NCBI GenBank assembly: GCA_965261085.1
Contig: OZ253442.1
Coordinates: forward strand, 256,001-320,000
Direction: 5' to 3'
Length of the DNA: 64,000 bases
Origin: a bacterium
Lineage (GTDB): Bacteria; UBA8248
The notes under the pieces: generated by a model
Database searches by the model: none
Told to the model about the DNA's origin: nothing
The model's input: the letters and a program-made list of their open reading frames with translations, nothing else
Shown: one piece after another, positions 58,269 to 64,000 of the stretch
How positions within the stretch are numbered: the stretch's first letter is position 1
Layout of the letters: each line of letters starts with the position of its first letter
Translations under genes and position numbers: made by a program

Positions 58269-58603
58269 ACGAGCACGACGCCCTCATCACCGACGTCGAG
58301 GACATCATCGAGACGCAGATTCGCCCGCTCCTTAAGATTCACGGCGGCGGCATCACGCTCGAGCGCGTGAGCGAAAAAGGGGAAGTAGCACTCCGCTTCG
58401 AGGGCGCGTGCCGGGGCTGCATGCTCAAGAGCGTCACCTACGCGCTGGGCGTGCGGCAAAAGCTCATGCAGCACCCGGGAGTAACGGACGTTTCCGTCGA
58501 GGGCGTTCGCATCTCCGATCACGCCATCAAGCGGGTGGAGAAATTCTACTCCGGCTATTCGTTTTGGGTGGGAGATCCGCTCAAAAACCATCCCTCATCT
58601 TGA
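58265..58603 (+). CDS. NifU C-terminal (Nfu) domain protein
   Basis: IRPLLKIHGGGI, F.GACRGC; 4-bp overlap with the amidohydrolase gene. Confidence 0.85.
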   Translation: MNEHDALITDVEDIIETQIRPLLKIHGGGITLERVSEKGEVALRFEGACRGCMLKSVTYALGVRQKLMQHPGVTDVSVEGVRISDHAIKRVEKFYSGYSFWVGDPLKNHPSS

Positions 58604-58620
58604 TCGCCTCGCGCTACCAG

Positions 58621-59889
58621 ATGAGCAAAGTACTGCGCCTGTGGTACGGCTGGGTGATCCTCCTCAGTGTCTTCATCATCCTGACGGTAGTCATCGGCAT
58701 CAGAAATTCTATCGGCATCTTCTTTAAGGACATCTCCGGCGAGTTCGGCTGGAACCGCGCGCAGACGGCCGCCGCCTTCACCATGGGCATGCTCGGCCAG
58801 GCTGTGGTGGCCCCCCTCGCGGGCTGGGTGCTCGAGCGCTTCAACATGCGCTGGGTGATCGGCGCGGGTATTTTCGTGAACGGAGCGGCGCTCATCATCG
58901 GTGCCTACATCGGCGCGCTCTGGCATTTCTACGCCATGTATTTTCTGCTCTCGGTAGGCTTCGCCTTCACGGCCAACCTGCCGCAGGTGCAACTGCTCTC
59001 GAACTGGTTCGTCGTGAAGCGCGGATTGGCCATGGGCTTCTCGCACGCCGCCCAGGGCTTCGCGCCCATCGTGAACATTTTCACCCCGTTGCTCATCATG
59101 AGCCTCGGCTGGCGGGGGAGCTATCTCGCGCTGGCGGGAATCGTGCTCCTTCTGCTGCTGCCCTTCGCCGTGACGCTGTTGCGCGACCACCCCAGAGAGA
59201 AACGAACCGCTCCCGACGCGCCCTTTCTCACGTCCGAGGAGTTCTCCCGCGCCCGCGTCAGAAGCGCCGTCATCATTCCAGCGGGCAAGGAAAAAGAAGC
59301 CTTCTCATTCTCTTTTTTCTTCACCCGCAGGTTCATGCTGATCGGAGGTATTTACGGCAGCATCGCGTATATCTTCACCGCCGTATTGGTGCATTTGATC
59401 CCCCACGCGACGGACCAGGGCTTCTCCCCCTCGGGGGGCGCCGCGCTCTTCGCCCTGTATGGAGCGGCCCTCGTCGTGGGAAACGGGTTGAGCGCGGTAT
59501 CGGATCGCATCGGGAGGCTCCCCACCTTCATGGTGGGGGTGGTGTGCGGCGTGGCCGCGTGTTATCTCCTGGCCGCCTTCACGCGCGCATCGCCCGAGTG
59601 GCGAATATACGCGGGCGCCATGGGGGTAGGTTTCGCTCTCGGTTTCGTCCGGCCCACGGCGTCTTCTCTTTTGGCGGATCATTTCGCGGGGCCGGGCTTC
59701 GGCCTGGTGAACGGATGCGCGATGATGGTCTTCTCCCTCATAGGCGCTTTGGGCCCCCTCGTGACGGGGATGCTTTTTGACGCGAACGGAAACTACTACG
59801 CGGGCTTTCTCCTCGTGGGCGGCATGTTCGCCTCGGGCGCGGTTTTCGTCGTAAGCCTCTCGCGCATGCCGCCAGAAGAGCGCGGCTAG
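58621..59889 (+). CDS. MFS transporter
   Basis: Start ATG 58621; WYGWVIL, SNWFVVKRGLAMG, SDRIGR, 12 TM. Confidence 0.9.
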   Translation: MSKVLRLWYGWVILLSVFIILTVVIGIRNSIGIFFKDISGEFGWNRAQTAAAFTMGMLGQAVVAPLAGWVLERFNMRWVIGAGIFVNGAALIIGAYIGALWHFYAMYFLLSVGFAFTANLPQVQLLSNWFVVKRGLAMGFSHAAQGFAPIVNIFTPLLIMSLGWRGSYLALAGIVLLLLLPFAVTLLRDHPREKRTAPDAPFLTSEEFSRARVRSAVIIPAGKEKEAFSFSFFFTRRFMLIGGIYGSIAYIFTAVLVHLIPHATDQGFSPSGGAALFALYGAALVVGNGLSAVSDRIGRLPTFMVGVVCGVAACYLLAAFTRASPEWRIYAGAMGVGFALGFVRPTASSLLADHFAGPGFGLVNGCAMMVFSLIGALGPLVTGMLFDANGNYYAGFLLVGGMFASGAVFVVSLSRMPPEERG

Positions 59890-59902
59890 CACATTGACTC
59901 CC

Positions 59903-61153
59903 ATGCGAGACGAATCGCGCCTCTGGTACGGTTGGGTGGTTCTGGCCGTGGTCTATCTCGCCATGATCACGCTCATCGCCTTTCGCGCCACCATCGGGCC
60001 CTTCTTCAAGGAAATCTCGGGCGAACTGGGCTGGAGCCGGGGGGCGACGGCTGCTGCTTTTTCCATCGGCATGCTGGCGCAGGCGGTCATCTCGCCGCTG
60101 GCGGGTATTCTCTCCGACCGCTGGAGCATCCGCGCCACGATGTCGGCGGGCGTTCTGGTGTTCGGCCTCTCCTTGCTCATCGGAAGCTGGATCACCTCGC
60201 TGTGGCAGTTTTATCTCATGTACATCGGCCTGTGCGCGGGCTTCGCCGCGGGCACGTGGGTCGCCCAGCTGCCCACGCTGTCGAACTGGTTCGTGAAAAA
60301 AAGAGGGTTCGCCCTAGGCATCGTCAACACGGCGCAGGGCGGCGCTTTCGTCTTGAACATCGCGACCCCCTACCTCATCGCGGCCCTGGGCTGGCGGATG
60401 AGCTACCTGGCGCTGGCGGGGGTGACTCTGCTGATCGTACTCCCCATCTGCATCGTTTTTCACAGAGACCACCCCTCGGATAAAGGCACCATCGCCGATG
60501 CCCCCTTCGTTGGGGACGCGCCGGATGAGCAACCACCGAAACCAGCGCCTTCATCATCCGGCGACACGCAGGTCCCATTATTCAACCTGCCGTTTTTCTT
60601 GTTTCTTGGCTCGTTTCTGCCCATGGCGTACGCCTTTTCGGGCATGCTCGTCCATCTGGTGCCTCACGCCACGGACCAGGGATTCTCGCTCCAGGCCGCG
60701 AGCGTCCTGTTCGCCATATGGGGATTCTGCCAGATGGCGGCGAACCTCATCAGCCCGGTTTCCGACAGGCTGGGCCGGGTGCCGACGTTCATGATCGGCG
60801 TGGCTCTGGGAATCGTCTCCGCCTTCGTTCTGGCCACTTATGAGCAGGGCGACCCTCAAATCCGCTTCTACCTGGGCACGATAACCAACGGCTTCGCCCT
60901 GGGCCTCATGCGGCCCACCGGCTCGGCCATCCTGGCGGATTATTTTGAAGGCCCGGGCTTCGGGCGCGTGAACGGGGTGGTGATGATGGCCTTCGCCCTC
61001 TGGGGTTCGGCGGGGCCATGGGCCACGGGCGCCCTGTTCGACCTGCACGGCTCCTATCTGTGGGGCTTGTCGATGTTCGCCGTCATGTTTTTTCTCTGCG
61101 GCGCCTTCGCGGTGTTGCTCGTGTGGATAAAACGAGAGAGAAAGCAGGAATAA
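59903..61153 (+). CDS. MFS transporter (paralog of the preceding gene)
   Basis: WYGWVVL, LSDRW, SNWFVKKRGFALG, HLVPHATDQGFS, SDRLGR. Confidence 0.9.
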   Translation: MRDESRLWYGWVVLAVVYLAMITLIAFRATIGPFFKEISGELGWSRGATAAAFSIGMLAQAVISPLAGILSDRWSIRATMSAGVLVFGLSLLIGSWITSLWQFYLMYIGLCAGFAAGTWVAQLPTLSNWFVKKRGFALGIVNTAQGGAFVLNIATPYLIAALGWRMSYLALAGVTLLIVLPICIVFHRDHPSDKGTIADAPFVGDAPDEQPPKPAPSSSGDTQVPLFNLPFFLFLGSFLPMAYAFSGMLVHLVPHATDQGFSLQAASVLFAIWGFCQMAANLISPVSDRLGRVPTFMIGVALGIVSAFVLATYEQGDPQIRFYLGTITNGFALGLMRPTGSAILADYFEGPGFGRVNGVVMMAFALWGSAGPWATGALFDLHGSYLWGLSMFAVMFFLCGAFAVLLVWIKRERKQE

Positions 61154-61418
61154 CAAGTCCATCACTTTGTCCGTGGTGCGTTCGAATATGATATCTATCT
61201 GTTTTATTCATTTATTCTTATATTTTCTCATCTCCCGCATCCCCGCCAGGTTAATGCTCAAATACGCACCGGTTCGATGCCGCTCGTATGCGCTTTGATT
61301 GAAGATTTATCCCGGAGGGGGCCATACCCAGAAGAAGCGGGCGCAGGATCACCAAGCCCGCCGGCGGGACGCCCTTTGTTCCGAGGCGCCTCATGGGGTC
61401 CATGACATGAACCACACC

Positions 61419-62447
61419 CTAATTCTGCGACCCCCGGGTTTGCGCTGCGCGTTGTTCCACATAATCTTCCAACGAGAAAGGCGTGCCTGCGTTTTCGGGT
61501 GCGGCGGTCTCAACGCCGGGGAAGTTCGACGCCTCCTCGAACCAGGTCCGTTGCGCGGGCAAGCCCCATCCTCCCTGATGGATACCTGAAACGTCCCATT
61601 CCACCGGCTCTATTTCCATGTCCAGCATTTGATGCGGCGCATCGAGAAGTATTTCGCACCGGTGGCCATCGGGGTCGCGGATGTAGACATACTGGACGTG
61701 CCCCATCGTGTGCCGACCGGGGCCACGTTCCACGGCGTCACCGTAACCCATTTGCCCGGTGATATCACAGGCGCGCATCATATTCTGAAATGAGCGCGTG
61801 ACGTAAGCGAAGTGGTGCATACGCGGCCCCCGACCGGTAAGAAAAACGATATCCCAGGGAATGTCCTTGCGGTAAGAGAAGACCCCCAGTACGTTGTTCC
61901 CTCCTTGCGCCGTCATATAGTCGCTGACCCTGAAACCGAGCCTGCTGTAAAGGTCGAACGCGCTCACAACGTCGGCTGCGTGGAGCTGCATATGATCGAA
62001 GCGCAGACCGCAGGCTCCTTTGTGCGCGTTGTGATCCGAATCGGCGCGATTGACGCGGTCCATGCGGGCGCAGAATTCCAACGGGACCCCGCTGGGGTCG
62101 GAAACCCGGAGCGTCCGGCCTTGATAGGGCGTTTCAACCCAACTTGGCGCGAGGTTCTCGGCAATGAAGAATTGCTCGGCTTTTTCGAGTTCTTCCTCCG
62201 TCAGAACACGGAAGCCGACGGCCTCGCAGACCGGTTCGGCATCGGTGCGCTTGAGCACGAGGCTGTGGTGGCAGGCCTCCTCGATACCGCGAAGGTAGAC
62301 GACATCGCCGTCCTCTTCCGTCACGACCAGGCCATACACTTCCATATAGAAATCCCGGCTGCGCGCGGGATCACGGATGGTGAGAACGGTGTGGCTGATG
62401 CGGGTGATGTTGAACGGTGGGTAGAAGACCGGAGAGGGAATAGGCAT
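61419..62447 (-). CDS. VOC-fold extradiol ring-cleavage dioxygenase (HpaD / catechol 2,3-dioxygenase-like)
   Basis: Start ATG 62447 after AAGGAG; YLRGIEE..HHSL, RFDH, PRMHHFAY, ERGPGRH, Y.RDPDGHR.E, WG...WFEE. Confidence 0.85.
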   Translation of the reverse strand: MPIPSPVFYPPFNITRISHTVLTIRDPARSRDFYMEVYGLVVTEEDGDVVYLRGIEEACHHSLVLKRTDAEPVCEAVGFRVLTEEELEKAEQFFIAENLAPSWVETPYQGRTLRVSDPSGVPLEFCARMDRVNRADSDHNAHKGACGLRFDHMQLHAADVVSAFDLYSRLGFRVSDYMTAQGGNNVLGVFSYRKDIPWDIVFLTGRGPRMHHFAYVTRSFQNMMRACDITGQMGYGDAVERGPGRHTMGHVQYVYIRDPDGHRCEILLDAPHQMLDMEIEPVEWDVSGIHQGGWGLPAQRTWFEEASNFPGVETAAPENAGTPFSLEDYVEQRAAQTRGSQN

Positions 62448-62566
62448 TGTTTGCTCCTTTTCACCAAAGTTGCGCTCTTCATCAGAGGCAGATCCGGCGG
62501 AGTCGGCCGCACGGTGTGCTCTGCGTTTTTCCCGCTGCCGAGGGACATCCGTCAGCAGCTTCATAG

Positions 62567-63226
62567 TCATTCGGGACCCGGGTTTCCCACGAAATGCGAT
62601 ATGGGAGCGACAATGCAGCCTTCGGAAATCGGAATGCACGCGGGCGAGATTTCCTGTTTGATCGCGATACCGCGATCACGCGCTTCATCGATGAACCGGC
62701 CGAGGTGCCGCATGGCGCCGGTGGGAATGTCGTGGAGGACCATGACGCTCCAGTCCTGGCCCTCGCAGTGTTCGAGCGCCGTTTCCACCCAACCGTCCGG
62801 CTGCTCCCAATCGCGCGGGATGCTGTTCCACAGCACCATGGTGAAGCCATCTTCCAGGAGTATGTCCCGCGCCTGCGGGCTGAGCAGATGGTCGCCCAAC
62901 AAGCCGCCATCGCCTTTGGGACGAAACATGCGGCGGTTCGAGCCGACCTCATCGATCAGTGCTTGAGTCCCGCGAATTTCGCGCTCGACGACCTCATCGA
63001 GTGGCTGACGGCCCAACGGTACCGAATGCGACCAGGTGTGGTTCCCGATCCAGTGCCCTGCTGCCAGCACGCTTTGCGCAAGCGGACGACCGTCCGGCAG
63101 CGCCAGCCTCTCGCCAAGCATAAAGAAAGTGGCCAGAACTTCCTTCTCCTCCAGCACGCGGAGAACCTGCGGGGTAACGTCGGCAAACGGGCCGTTGTCG
63201 AAAGTGAGGGTAAGAGATTTCGTCAT
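62567..63226 (-). CDS. polysaccharide deacetylase (CE4/NodB) family protein
   Basis: LTFDNGP, ATFF, GNHTWSH, FRP.G, DW, VLHD; no signal peptide. Confidence 0.85.
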   Translation of the reverse strand: MTKSLTLTFDNGPFADVTPQVLRVLEEKEVLATFFMLGERLALPDGRPLAQSVLAAGHWIGNHTWSHSVPLGRQPLDEVVEREIRGTQALIDEVGSNRRMFRPKGDGGLLGDHLLSPQARDILLEDGFTMVLWNSIPRDWEQPDGWVETALEHCEGQDWSVMVLHDIPTGAMRHLGRFIDEARDRGIAIKQEISPACIPISEGCIVAPISHFVGNPGPE

Positions 63227-63230
63227 GGGC

Positions 63231-63776
63231 TTAGAAAGGCGCTGAAGCACCGGAGGGAAGGTCGAACTCGGCCGCGTTGAGAGTTGCCGCGCCGATGATG
63301 TAATGCCCGATGAGACCCGAAATCTCAATGATGCCAGGAACACCGAACCTTTCCCGCACCGCATGGAACTGCTCGTCGGACACGCGGCGGTCCTCGAGCA
63401 GGGTCTTCACATAGGCGTACACCGCTGCTTCGGTGTCGTCGTCGAAATGCGGGGGGCGTCCGGTGCGGATGGACTCGATTATGTCGCCGCTCAACCCGTT
63501 CCTTCGCGCAATAGGCTCGTGCACGAGCCACTCGTGGTAACAGCGCCAGTCGCGGGCGACAGTCAGGATTATCAACTCTCTGATGTTGCCTGGCAGCGAC
63601 GCCTTGAAACGCAGGTATTCGCCAACCTCCTGGGTGCGGTCTGCAAAATCGGGCTGATGGAGCCACAACCCCATAAGTCCCGAGGCATGGCCGCGTCCAC
63701 CTGCGATCATCCGCTCCGCCACTTCACGCTGACGGGCTGTCATATCTTTTTCGTCGACGCCGTAAAAGCGAGCCAT
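63231..63776 (-). CDS. carboxymuconolactone decarboxylase / AhpD-like protein
   Basis: GEYLRF..SL...RELIIL.VAR.W...HEW..H...A...G; IGHY. Confidence 0.85.
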   Translation of the reverse strand: MARFYGVDEKDMTARQREVAERMIAGGRGHASGLMGLWLHQPDFADRTQEVGEYLRFKASLPGNIRELIILTVARDWRCYHEWLVHEPIARRNGLSGDIIESIRTGRPPHFDDDTEAAVYAYVKTLLEDRRVSDEQFHAVRERFGVPGIIEISGLIGHYIIGAATLNAAEFDLPSGASAPF

Positions 63777-63844
63777 GAACCCCTCCTCACCTGGATTCTG
63801 GAAGGAACGAGACCATGTCGGCGTTCCTTCCCTTGGATTTACCA

Positions 63845-63975
63845 TAGTTTCACGAATCCGCTTTCATTTCGATTACATACTGCAGAAGATAAATTCCGAA
63901 CCAAATTTGGAATAATGAATAATTCATAACAATGCCAATATGATAAAAGGATTTCATGGCTTATGAAAACGGCTT
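63845..63975 (+). repeat. dispersed ~150-bp element, copy 5
   Basis: Core CGCTTTCATTTCGATTAC at 63859; TGAAAA at +105. Confidence 0.6.
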
Positions 63976-64000
63976 GATGTATCTAAAAAGATATGAGGGA

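Overview
Bacterial window in two halves; the surface-protein families and IS load resemble host-associated (e.g. sponge-symbiont) genomes, but this is inference only. Positions 1-27.9 kb are an accessory/defence island. It holds a Met-rich surface lipoprotein (runs off the left edge), several HEPN-motif genes or fragments, a pentapeptide-repeat protein, a 1512-aa nuclease-STAND-NTPase-helical-repeat (Avs-like) protein, an orphan AapJ-type binding protein and a poly-Pro autotransporter. It also holds a nested IS cluster: an IS1182, a truncated IS110, and an IS66 carrying DUF4338 whose right inverted repeat is split exactly by an IS1111-type IS110. Five diverged ~150-bp elements with fixed internal spacing, all on the + strand, punctuate the intergenic regions. 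Positions 28-52.5 kb carry two tandem complex I (nuo) operons on the minus strand: a complete 14-gene set, then a 10-gene set lacking nuoE, F, G and also nuoI. The remainder encodes a PLP histidine decarboxylase plus ACT protein, a second IS1182 inside a palindromic repeat, an EamA transporter, an amidohydrolase-NifU-MFS-MFS operon and a CMD-deacetylase-extradiol dioxygenase operon. No rRNA, tRNA or CRISPR array was seen.
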